Assembly (NCBI GenBank): GCA_054661495.1
Contig: BAAFSQ010000112.1
Location: forward strand, 1-29,706
Source: Zygophlyctis sp. KS116
Lineage: Eukaryota; Fungi; Chytridiomycota
Reading direction: 5' to 3'
Length of the DNA: 29,706 bases
Positions within the stretch are counted from its first letter, which is position 1. The number at the start of each line of letters is the position of its first letter. A program made the position numbers and the translations under genes. Shown here piece by piece: positions 1 through 11,100 of the stretch. The notes under the pieces are model-generated. The model made no database searches and had not been told where the DNA came from. It worked only from the letters and a program-made list of their open reading frames with translations.

Positions 1-785
1 TGCAGTCAGAGATAAATGCCGAGCCTTTGGCAAGCTTGTTTGGATCACAAAAGTAAGTTATATATTGCATACAATCATAGGTTGGATTGTAGTTATTATC
101 TGCTGTGCAAAAAATCCCATGGTTTCCGCCTAAGTTTATCGAGCCTAAGATTTTCGAGCCTATAAAGGCACCTGTTTGTTTTCTTCTGACAATTTTTGTA
201 AGGCATTCTGCAGGGGTTCCAGCCGGGGGAAGACCTGCTGGAAGAGAGGCCCAATTCCCATCACTATATACAGTAACATTCGTGTTTTGGTAATATCTAT
301 AAAGTGTTAATTAGTACAAAATACACTTCCAATCCACATCTTACAAACAGGCTACCTGACAATATCGGATTGGAGCTCAAATTCTTTGAATTAATCAAAA
401 TAGAATTACAGTGATTTGAGTGAGGGCATACCTCCAAGCAATTTAGGAATTGTTCCTGATAATGCATTGCTATTCAAATAACTATCATTAGCTGTTTGTT
501 TCCCTACAGTGTTTGTAAGCTTGTAAGATTTCCAATCGATGGCGGAATGGAGTTTTTCAGACTTTTAGATTCCCAATTTATGCCAATAATTGACGAACCA
601 GAACAAGTTACTCCTGTCATGGAACAACAAGCAGTACTACTAGTAGGAGAAACATCAGTAGTTTTCCCCATCAATTTCCAAATTCGGACAACCCAACAGC
701 ATTGATGGGATGTTGAAGTGCAAGTAGGAGCAGTAGTGGCCTGAGACTCTACTCCTGCGATCAATACAGAGAGAGTAAATACTAG
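1..785 (-). pseudogene. Secreted LRR family gene A; lacks its start codon and runs off the window edge
   Basis: Translates as ..LVFTLSVLIAGVESQ, then the Cys cap CCWVVRIWKLMGKTT..TACC and LRRs (72-nt exon 410-481 YLNSNALSGTIPKLLGGMPSLKSL). Introns at 482-507, 384-409 and 297-324. An in-frame TAA and no ATG lie upstream, where IMP3-derived sequence is joined. The acceptor at 384 is 1 nt out of frame; an alternative AG at 376 would rescue it. Confidence 0.75.
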
Positions 786-794
786 CCTTTTTTA

Positions 795-846
795 ACAAAT
801 CAACCTTTTTTAAGAGTTTAGATTCATGAAATTCAAGTTTTCTCAT
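795..846 (-). pseudogene. Duplicated 5' fragment of IMP3 ([17 protein letters not shown]) joined out of frame to LRR gene A
   Basis: Identical to 6122-6173, the first 17 codons of IMP3. Confidence 0.85.
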
Positions 847-1388
847 TGAGAATTTGAAACTAAACCTGGACCTCAACTTTTGACTCTTTTCTTTTAGGAA
901 TTTTGTAGGGTTATTCGCAGGTTGATAATATATTTTGCAATATATTACTCACTTGAACAATCTCTTCGTGTTTATCAAAATCCATTGACTTCTTTCACGA
1001 CTAAATCTAGATTCATGTGTTCCAGATATATGCAGCACCTCTAACGACAGATAATGGGACATTCACATTTGTACCATCGGACATGACATAATATTCATTC
1101 GTGAGAATCTGATTGGTTGCATCGTTGCATTTCTGTGAAGTTGGATTTCCACCTGTAATAAACTTTGCACAAGAGTTGATGTAACTCTTCCAATTGGAGT
1201 TGAGATTGTTCCGAACACTAAGGACTTTTGAATGACAGTCACTCCAGCTAGAGAATACTGGAGTAGTGGTTAGACAATATGCGCCAATAAGATTAATGCA
1301 ATCTTGATATGGGCGTAAAGTTGTCGTATTTGTGTTGCAAGTAAATAAAAACCCACTCTTTGTATACGATAACACTGGGGCACGTTTT
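795..1388. repeat. Direct repeat copy 1 (~594 bp): IMP3 5' end and upstream region plus the C-terminal coding module of an LRR gene
   Basis: Aligns to 6122-6714. Positions 795-1009 and 1226-1388 are identical; 1010-1225 has roughly a dozen differences. Confidence 0.95.
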
Positions 1389-2207
1389 TTGAGTGATTGA
1401 GAAACTACTGCAGTGGCAAGACATGCGATTGGTGTGTTTGAAGAAGGAAAATATCCAACCGGACTAACTTCATTTGCACATCCACAAATTTTCACACCCG
1501 TATTTGTATTACTTTCCCCATAGTTTCCAAGGGCACTATTTATCTTAATCATATTGTATTACACTGATGTTCTACAGCTTGGGGTAAAAGCTCCACTTAA
1601 GGATGGATTGTTGTTAAGATAACTTTCATTTTAAATTTAGAAAATAATTACATGTCACGCAAATTTACCAAGTTTCCAATCGAATCAGGAATTAATCCTG
1701 AAAGTTGATTCCTGTTAAGAAAACTAAAAATTAAGTACAAAAAATATTTACAGCTTCTTCAGCGTAGTCAAATCTCCAATTTCTCGTGGAATCGGCCCTG
1801 AGAGCCTATTATCTCGAAGATCACTTTAATTTAAGTTTATAAAATAAATACAGTTTAGTCAAACTCTTCAAATTTCCAATCGTAGAAGGAATTTGATTAG
1901 AGAGGTCTTTCCCACTCCACTTAATGGCGGTAACTTTATTTGTAGAATCACAAGTCACACCAGTCATTGAGCAACAAGCAGTACTACTAGTAGGAGAAAT
2001 ATTAGTATATTTCCCCATCAATCGCCATGATCGGACAACCCAACAGCATTGAGGAGAAGTTGGAGTGCAAGTAGTGGAAGAAGATTCGGAAGATTTCTTT
2101 GAGTCTTTTTTAGCTGAACTGGAAGAAGATTTCTTAGACTCTACTCCTGCAATTAATGCAGAGAGAGCCAATGCTAGGATAATATTCTTGAGAGCTATAG
2201 AAAGCAT
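1013..2207 (-). CDS. Secreted LRR protein B (signal peptide, Ser/Lys linker, Cys cap, ~4 LRRs, KKR, 6-Cys C-terminal domain)
   Basis: Five exons with introns at 1824-1851, 1724-1751, 1623-1651 and 1536-1562. Two 72-nt exons read DLRDNRLSGPIPREIGDLTTLKKL and FLNRNQLSGLIPDSIGNLVNLRDI. The spliced frame is open; no transmembrane or kinase domain is seen. Confidence 0.9.
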
Positions 2208-2331
2208 TTGTTTATTGTTTATTGTTTAAGGGATTTGTTTACATTGATTGTACTTAATAGTACGCTTTCTTTAAGTGAGTGGCGTTCCTCAAGATGTCCG
2301 AAACCCCGGTGTCTCAGTCATTGACCTAGGC

Positions 2332-2410
2332 TTTAGTAATAAGATTTATCAAGATTTAGTAATAAGATTTAGTAATAAGCGTGCATCGCCTAGTTGAACT
2401 GCCTAGTTGA
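2332..2410. repeat. Short tandem duplications in a divergent promoter
   Basis: TTTAGTAATAAG at 2332, 2355 and 2368; GCCTAGTTGA at 2388 and 2401. Confidence 0.8.
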
Positions 2411-2457
2411 GAGGCCTTGTCAGATCGCGACGAGACAAGAGAAATTAAGCTTTTGTT

Positions 2458-3555
2458 ATGGTTGCGTCATTGACTGAGCTTTTGGAGAAAACAACAGTTA
2501 AAGACCTTTTAAAGTCTTCTACTACAAAGGAATTAATAGTCATACAAGGCAATACATCAGCAAAAGATGCATGTACTATTCTTTCAAATAATAGAATAAA
2601 TTCTGCTGTAAATTTATAATTTTAAAAAGTTAGCCCGTTCAAGACGAAAAAACTGGAGATTTGTTGGGCGTTTTCGACTATTCAGACTTGGTCAAATTTA
2701 CTCTGGAAAGTTTTCATAAAATTCCAAAGGACGATGCACTGCAAGTCGATGTTTCAATGGTATTCTAATGTTTGTGTTTAGATTTAGGAGTTGACAGACA
2801 GGGTCAAGGGCTCAATTCCTTCTGAACCAGTTTGTTCAGTAATTAGAAATTCTAAAACTGCTGCAAATTGGGGTTTTATTCTTGCTACGAGTACTCTTAA
2901 AGACGCTATTAAACTTCTTGTGGAGAATAAATGGCATCGTCTCTTGGTTGTGGAAGAAATTGTGGATAATGGTCTAAAAACTCGAAAATTTACTGGAGTC
3001 GTGTCCGAAACTCTAATTATTTCCTATATAGCTAATAATTTTGTTGTTAAATCTCCAACAGATTGGAATATTGGAGAACATGCTGTTAAAGACTTGAATA
3101 TTATAAATAAGGAAGTTGTAGGGGTAAAACCTGATGAATCTGTTCTGGATGCTCTAAAACTCTTGTATACTAAAAAGGTTCATGCTCTTGCTATAATTGG
3201 AAATAATTTGAGTTCTGGATTACCAGAGGTATTTAATTTTTAAAAATATTTAATTTAAAAGTTGTTGGGATCACTGTCAATGAGTGATATAAAGGAAATT
3301 TTTGGAGTTCGTGCAGGATGGCGTAAACTCTTTGATCAAAGTTTTCAATTTTTCCAATTTTTAAGAATGGAACAAGGTTTAATCAAGGGTAGAGACTCTG
3401 TACCGTCATTCACTATAACTCCAGACACTAGTCTTTTAAATGTGGTTAAAAAAATGGCTGCTGTAAAGTCTCATCAAGTTTGGGTGGTTGAATCTAGTAG
3501 TCATGATTTAGTTGGAGTGATTTCTGTTGCTGATGTTATGCCTTTGTTGGTTTAA
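2458..3555 (+). CDS. CBS-domain protein (four CBS repeats; Sds23/Sds24 or AMPK-gamma-like)
   Basis: ATG at 2458; introns at 2608-2633, 2760-2787 and 3229-3261 give an open frame. CBS motifs include NRINSAPV..GVFDYSDL, KWHRLLVV..GVVSET, KKVHALAI..GSLSMSDI and HQVWVV..GVISVADV. Confidence 0.85.
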
Positions 3556-3762
3556 GAGAAATTTAAACGGAATTTGTTTTTGAGTTTTATTGTGTAAATG
3601 CACTCCTGCCAGTTTTAATGATCACCCTGTTGTCTTCTTAATCTATATTCTTTGACCACGTTTACAGTAAATTAAGAAAAGTATGTCCGAATATTAAAAA
3701 ACAGTATTAAAAAGATTTAATCTCTCTTTAAACCGAATAAAATCTGTCCGAAAAATCTGAAA

Positions 3763-4804
3763 ATGACAAATTACTTTAATGTGGGCGCATTCTTTGTGCT
3801 ATTTAGGGAATCGGTAGAAGCTGCTGTAATACTATCGGTTCTTTTGGCGTTTGTGGACCGCTCAGTTAGTGACAATGAGACTCAAAAGTCTTTAAAAAAA
3901 CAAGTTTGGTGGGGTACATTGGCCGGAATTGTAATTTCTTTAATAATTGGTGTTTCTCTAACGGTGACATTTTATGTACTGGGAAAAGATGTTTTTGGAG
4001 ATGCCGAACCTCTTTGGGAGGGAATTCTTCAATCTTTGGCTGTGATTTTGTTAACTTGGTTGGCGTTTAGAATGCTTCAAGTTAATTCATTAATTGCAAA
4101 ATGGGAAGGGAAAATACAAAATCATTTAAATGAAAGAAATATGATGGAAAAAGGAATTCCTTATTTTTCAAATGCGTATTCACTTTTTATTTTAGCATTT
4201 ACTGTTGTAATTAGAGAAGGATTGGAAGCAGTTATTTTTATTGCGGGAGTATGCTTTTATTATTTTGAAAAATAGGTTGGGCAAGCGGATCCCGTTTCTC
4301 TAATTATACCTTCTATCGTTGGATTATTTACAGGGTTAACAGTTGGATATGTATTATACAAGGGATCTTCAAGAGTGAATCTTGGTCTATTCTTTAAAAT
4401 TTCCTTTTGGATTATTCTGTTTATTGCTGCAGGGCTAGCTGCTAGAGCTGCACATGAAATTGAAGAGTATGTGTTTGAAACTGCATCTTCTGGAGAGGAA
4501 TCTACAAGAGTTTTATGGGATGTTTCAGGATGTTGTTCTCAAAAAACAAATGGATTTTTTCAAATTATGAATGCTCTTGTTGGATGGAGAAGTATTGCTA
4601 CAGTAACTTTTTTTAAATTTTAGAATTTAGATTGCAACCGTTTCTGTATATTTCTCTTATTGGTTCGTGGTCGGACTAATTGCACTTTTCCTGAATCTCA
4701 AAAACTCAAAAAAATCCTTTATTCCAAACAATCCAGAATCGATTGATCAGCAACAAGAAAAAGAAATGGATGATGTACATACAATAGTCGAGACTGAAAT
4801 TTAA
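3763..4804 (+). CDS. FTR1: High-affinity iron permease (FTR1/FTH1 family)
   Basis: Two REXXE motifs (FRESVE, IREGLE) and multiple hydrophobic segments. Introns at 4249-4275 and 4603-4630; stop TAA at 4802-4804. Confidence 0.92.
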
Positions 4805-4813
4805 AGTTAAAAT

Positions 4814-4851
4814 CATATAATTTTAAAAGGAACATATAATTTTAAAAGGAA
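4814..4851. repeat. Perfect 19-bp tandem duplication in the 73-bp FTR1/DJ-1 spacer
   Basis: CATATAATTTTAAAAGGAA occurs twice in tandem. Confidence 0.85.
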
Positions 4852-4877
4852 TTTATTGAGCGTTTAGAGTTTTAAAA

Positions 4878-5494
4878 ATGGTTTCTGCTAAAAAAGTCTT
4901 GATATTGATTACCAATGGTACAGAGGAAATAGAAGCGAGTAATTAACTTTATTAAGAAAATTAGCCGTTCCTGTTGATGTTTTGAGAAGAGCAAAAGTTA
5001 GTGTGACTTTGGCAGGTTTAGAGTCTGCATTACCAGTTAAAGGTGCAAATCAAATGATTTTGACGCCCGATATTGCATTGGATGAAATAACTGATTTGGA
5101 GTCTTTTGATATGATTGTTCTACCTGGAGGGAATCTTGGCGCAAAGTAATTTCTAAAATCAAATAATTTTAGAGCCTTTGAGAGTTGCACTAAACTTCAT
5201 TCTATTCTTAAAAACTTTGAAGATCAAGGGAAATGGATCACTGCTATTTGTGCAGCTCCCATTGCTCTAAAGGCTGCAAAGATTGGATTTAAGAAACGAT
5301 TAACTTGTTATCCTTCAGTCAAGGAATTTATTGTCCGAGACTATGAATATTGTCATGAAGACGTTGTTATAGATGGGAAAATGATTACTTCTAGAGGACC
5401 TGGAACTTCTTTCAAGTTTGCAATGACTCTAGTTAAAGTCTTGGTCAATGATGACATGGTAAACACTCTCAAAACAGGAATGTTGCTTGATTAG
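4878..5494 (+). CDS. DJ-1/PfpI family protein (PARK7/YajL type); absent from the ORF track
   Basis: Spliced translation with introns at 4939-4964 and 5146-5172: MVSAKKVLILITNGTEEIEATVPVDVLRRA..DMIVLPGGNLGA..AICAAP..TCYPS..ITSRGPGTS. The catalytic Glu and Cys are present. Confidence 0.93.
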
Positions 5495-5549
5495 AATTTA
5501 GAATTTAGAGAAATCTAGGAAAATATATTTGTAAGAGATTTAAATAGTC

Positions 5550-6173
5550 TTATAGTAAATCATAATCGTCCAACTAGTTTTAAGTCTAAAATCAAATACC
5601 TTGTCATTGTAATCAAGTATTTTAGTCTTGATTTTGGATGAATCCACCCAAGTTACAAAATCTTCTCTAGATCTAGTCACTAAAAACGCAGGATCAGTAA
5701 TTGTATCTGTTCCTACTCTAACATGGCCTTGTTCTATATAAATAGATGCTTGACGAATCGATTCTGCCATTTTAAGTCTAGTCATGACAACCGGCAATCG
5801 TCGACTATTGAATCAAGAAATTTCGGACTTACCGACAGAAACTAGAGACTGTGGCCTTTTCACAAGTAGATAATGATTTTTCTCCAGTTATTAAACCCAA
5901 TTGGTACAATTTAGTAATCAATGCATCAGAGATTTTAGATCGGAAGGGATCTTTTGGATGCAGATGAGATATTTTAGTGCTCAACTTTTTTATGATTCCA
6001 ACTAATCGGTTGTATCTAGGGTTATAAATGAGTTATTACTGATGATAGTCTGATCGATTGGTCAAATGATACTTTTTAATGACTAGAGCTTCTCTAGGAT
6101 TCTCATCCTTCCATGTCCCATACAAATCAACCTTTTTTAAGAGTTTAGATTCATGAAATTCAAGTTTTCTCAT
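5550..6173 (-). CDS. IMP3: U3 snoRNP protein Imp3 (uS4 family)
   Basis: Reads [63 protein letters not shown]. Introns at 6016-6039, 5805-5832 and 5574-5599. Confidence 0.95.
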
Positions 6174-6714
6174 TGAGAATTTGAAACTAAACCTGGACCT
6201 CAACTTTTGACTCTTTTCTTTTAGGAATTTTGTAGGGTTATTCGCAGGTTGATAATATATTTTGCAATATATTACTCACTTGAACAATCTCTTCGTGTTT
6301 ATCAAAATCCATTGACTTCTTTCACGACTAAATCTATTTTACGTGCTCCAGATGTATGCAGCACCTCTAACGACGGATAATGGAACATTCACATTTGTAC
6401 CATCGGACATGACATAATATTCATTCGTGAGAATCTGATTGGTTGCATCGTTGCATCTCTGTGAAGTTGGATTTCCTCCTGTAATAAACTTTGCACAAGA
6501 ATTGATGTAACTCTTCCAATTGGAGTTGAGATTGTCCCGAACACTACGGATTTTTGAATGACAGTCACTCCAGCTAGAGAATACTGGAGTAGTGGTTAGA
6601 CAATATGCGCCAATAAGATTAATGCAATCTTGATATGGGCGTAAAGTTGTCGTATTTGTGTTGCAAGTAAATAAAAACCCACTCTTTGTATACGATAACA
6701 CTGGGGCACGTTTT
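6122..6714. repeat. Direct repeat copy 2 (counterpart of 795-1388)
   Basis: Direct alignment with 795-1388. Confidence 0.95.
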
Positions 6715-7977
6715 CTAACTGTAGTAATGCCACTACTTATTTCTGATGCAAGACATTCAATTGGCGTGTCTGCAGCAGGGAAATAACCAACAGGACTTTC
6801 TTCATTCGCACATCCACAAAGGGTCACATTGGTGTTTCCTATGGTACTATTATATTAAATCCAAGATTATTACACTTTCATGCCACAATTTTTTGGAAAC
6901 AATGCTCCAGTAAGGTTTAGATTACCAAAGAGTCGACTATAATATTAGATTTAGTAAATAACTTACAGAGAAGTTAAAAGTTTCAAATTTCCAATTTCTG
7001 CGGGAATTCTGCCTGAAAGCTGATTTCTACCTAGATTGCTTTAATTTAAAATGAATAAGATATTTACAGCACAGTCAAGTTTGATAAATTTTCAAACGTT
7101 TGAGGAATATATCCAGATAGATTGTTTTGACGAAGTAAACTGTAATTTAAAATCAGCTAAATACTTACAGCTGAATCAGCTTTGGTAATCTTCCAATTTC
7201 TGAAGGAATCGGCCCTGAGAGGTTATTGAAGGAAAGATTTCTTGAAATAAGAATGATGAAACTATTTACAGAATGGTGAGATTTGCTAAATTTCCTATTG
7301 TAGTAGGAATTCGCCCTGACAATTGATTGGAGGCAAGATTTCTAAATTTTTAATTTTTGAAAGAGTTACAGTTTAGTCAATTCTTTTAAATTTCCTATCG
7401 CAGAAGTAATTTGTCCAGAAAATGCATTATCTTGAAGAAAACTTTTAAATCATTTCTTAGAAACTTACGCAGTTCTTAAATTGATCAAATTGCCAAATGA
7501 TGAAGGGATCGTGTCATTTAACTGATTGTTTCTAAGAACTCTACAAATTCAGATCAAAAGCATTACAGTCTGGTAAGGTTTTTCAAATTCCAAATAGATA
7601 AAGGAATTGGTCCAGATAATTCGTTAGAGTGAAGAGATCTATGTACATATTAATATTAATCGAAAGTACAGAACCGTCAAACCGATCAAATTTCCAATTG
7701 ATGGAGGAATTGGGCCGGTTAAGTTTTTACTGCTCCAAAAGATTTTTTTAATTCTGTTTTGAGAATCACAAGATATCCCATTCATTGGCAAAGTGCAGCA
7801 GCGATCATCAGTAGAGCTAATGCCATTTGGAGTAGTTTTCCCCATCAATTGCCATGATCGGACAACCCAACAGCAATCAGGAGATGATGAAGTGCAGTTA
7901 GCCTGAGACTCCACTCCAGTGATCAATGCAGATAGAGTGAATGATAGTAAAGAGAGCTTAAGATCGATAGAAAACAT
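6339..7977 (-). CDS. Secreted LRR protein C (signal peptide, Cys cap, ~9 LRRs, RKR, 6-Cys C-terminal domain)
   Basis: Ten exons. Seven consecutive 72-nt exons (7567-7638, 7469-7540, 7370-7441, 7270-7341, 7169-7240, 7068-7139, 6967-7038) each encode one xLxxNxLSGxIPxxIGNLxxLxxL repeat. Introns are 26-31 nt and all phase 2. Confidence 0.92.
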
Positions 7978-8160
7978 TTTTTGTAGAGGAGGGGGTGGAT
8001 GATGGTGGCGTTTGTTGAGTTTGGCGAATCTGGTTTTCTCAATCGGACATCCCTAGATAAAACGTGAGATTTAAGACATGTCCGCAATCCATCTTCTAAA
8101 ATAATGATGATTAATCACTGCATATAATTATAAAAGTTACAAGTTTTACTCTAATTTCTT

Positions 8161-11100
8161 TTAATCCAACGATTGATTCCTTATAATATTAAGGATCTCA
8201 CGTCTATCTCTGAGCCATTCGCTAAATAACTGTCTTTTTGTCTCGGGAGGAGATATTTCAGCTGAAGCAAGGCCGTTGCGAGAACTACTTGACCATATTT
8301 CTAGTAGATAATCAGCAAATGCAATAAGATAAAAGTAACGAACCAAGTAATTACATCCTAATTCAAACATCATATTATATCTCTTAGATCCAACTTCCAA
8401 AGCATCGATTCGTAACTTGTAATCAGTTATAGCAACTCTAAGATTTTGCATTTGGTCACATAAGTCTATTGCCTTGTCGGTAAGCCGTTTAGCTAATTTT
8501 CCATATTCAAGTACCGCAATAAGTTGCAGAACCACTTTCCATTCTCCTGCTTTGTTTCGTGATCTCATATCATCGATAGAGTCTGTCAGCCCTTGTGTTT
8601 CATACTCATCGAACCCACTAAAAGAAGTTTCTGGAGATAAAGAACCGCCTACAAGACTCATATTCCCCATTATCATTTGCAGCAAGGTTGTTATTACCAT
8701 GGCAGTTGTAGTTCTACCACGCCTTTTGATTAAAGTCAAAAAAATTACCCTTGTTGGCAATTAAATATCACATCTGTTCCAGGCGTCATGCTTAAGACTC
8801 TGTCTACTAGCTGATCTACAACTTTTGGAATCGGAGACTGCTCATCCGTAATAGGAATTCGCAAATAATTTACACAGTATCCTTCCTCTTGAATAGATTT
8901 ATATACTTCTAACGGTGTTTGGACGTCCTGTGCCTTAACTGTTTCCCAAATAGGCTTTAAATATGAACAATAATTCTACTTACTACAATAGAAAATCTAT
9001 TTCCTTCAACATGCTCTTCATGAAGAAGGACTCTACCACCAAAAGTTTTGATTTCGGATAAAATATCTAATTTCATTTGTGCCTCCATTAATTCGACCCT
9101 TTCTCTAGCGATTCCTGTTGCCTCTAAATTTTTTAGGGGATCAGGAAACAGTCGCAATACGTAAGGCCGGCCGTTAACATAAATCACAGGCTCTTCTCGT
9201 AAACTTGTCCATAGAACTTTGCGATTTCCAGGAGAGCAGCTCCCTATTTTCTGTAAAACTCTCCTTATTGCATCTTTGGTGGGCATAGCGATTCCATAAA
9301 GACTAGATTGATTTAAATCCACAATCTGACTTTGTGTCCGATTAATTGGCGAACTTGAATCTAGAGCCCCTACTGATGCTACTCTTGATTGAATTGTTGT
9401 GCTTCCATGGAGCCGAACCACTGATAATGCTATTCTTCTGAAATTAGGAGCACCTCTTATTAAAAGCTTGAATAGTTACCTTCAATCTTTTCAGGAAGAG
9501 ACATTTTTTGACTTCCTGGAAATATGTCAAACTTTCTTATTTATAATGTATAATATACCTTGATTATAGTTCCTTGAGCAACAACGGCACCGTGCCTCCC
9601 ATTAACAACATCCTTGACTTCATTAGTAAGAGCAAGACCATCACCAGGAATTAAATCCTTGACAGGAGTCAATGCCCTGATACTCGCCGTATCTAACTCG
9701 CGACGAATGGATTCTAATTCGGGATGTTTGGAATACCACGCCGAGAATTTAGCCATTTTATCTGCACTTTGAGGGGCAGCCTGGTTCAGAAAGCTTTGAA
9801 ACACAATCAAAAGAAAATATCTCTTAAGTTGTACCATTCCCTTTTCTAGAAGTCGCTTCTTTTGGCCTTCGTCTGTACAAGTCTCGGCAGCTAAACGGCT
9901 TTCCTCAATCATGTTACGCAGATTTATACTCGAACTACAATCATCAATTACGTTATCCACAATTCGCTTGCATTCCAATCCATTTCGAATAACTCGTAAA
10001 AGGGAGTGTGTTGACTCGTAGTTCGTCCGATTCTCGCTAGATTCTTTATCATTTGGAGCAGTTCCATTGAAGCAATGCATTATCAAAGATGCTATAACTA
10101 CCTAATTAAGAATGTAAAATTACCAGTTCCCGTGGTAGATCGGCCAGATCCCATTTGGCAATTCAAAACAATGGAAGATTTTTCTAAATTGATGCGTGTC
10201 ATAATACCGAGAAGCAAATCAATATCAACTAAATCTGGCGGATTTTCGGCAGTTATAGGAACTCTAAAATATTCGATTTTTAGATTACTAGTCCGAGGCA
10301 CTTCTGATTCTAGAATGCGTTGTATTTCTTCGTTTTGAACAATAGAGATAACCTCCTTAATTGTAGAAATTGCATCCGAAAGACAATCTTCCCAAATAGG
10401 AACTATAGAGCCGTCGCAGTTTTCTCCGTGAAGTAATATTCTGTTTTTGTAAATTAGAATCTCCTGCTGGACGTCCTCCTTGAGCCTGGTCTCAAAAGTC
10501 TCCAATCGAGAAGGCGTTATCCCAGAGTACGTATTAGTATTCCTTATTGTCAAGTATTGATCTCTTAAAACATAAGGAATACCATTTATATAAATCAACG
10601 GTTCTTCACGCAAGTTAATCCATATCAGCTTTTCACCTTCTGCAAAATGATTTTCTACGGCTTTTATAACATTTTGCATCCCCTTTAGAGTAGGTTGTGC
10701 AACACCATATATACGAAAATTTGGAACTTTTCTATTATTAAGTTGATCATATATACCTAAAATTTGCCGCACCTTCAATTCCATTTGTTTCGGAAGGTTG
10801 AGACCACTGATCTATTTTTAAGATAGAATAAGAAACAAGAACAGAGCCATGTCTAGATTTTAGGACATGCTGTTCGAATTCATTGGCTAATGGGCGAGGT
10901 ATAGTACTTCCCCATCCAGAGATTTCACCGTCTTCGACCAACGAACTTAAATCTTCTATCGGGCGAAAAAGATGAAGTTTAGAGCCTTCTACTCTCATTT
11001 TTAACAACACACTTGAAATTTCTATGCTGTAAAAAAATGTTTTTACCATTTCTCCCTTTAATCCAATTACTAAATATCAAATTAAATCCATTCTCGCAAT

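Noticed and set aside
105-705. Plus-strand ORFs 105-293 and 496-705, and similar antisense ORFs (8474, 10075, 16294, 18144, 18501, 19224, 20412, 21683, 22425, 23297, 23479, 23616, 26620)
   Set aside because: They are shadows opposite better-supported genes and carry no recognisable motifs.
2458-5494. CBS-FTR1-DJ-1 as an iron or stress gene cluster
   Set aside because: No Fet3-type ferroxidase or siderophore gene is present, and adjacency is expected in such a compact genome.
795-6714. The direct repeats as LTRs of a composite mobile element
   Set aside because: They consist of gene fragments, show no TG..CA ends or target-site duplication, and enclose no transposase or RT.
6937-7669. The ~100-bp periodicity as a CRISPR-like array or satellite
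   Set aside because: It is explained by 72-nt LRR exons plus 26-31-nt introns; there are no identical repeats.
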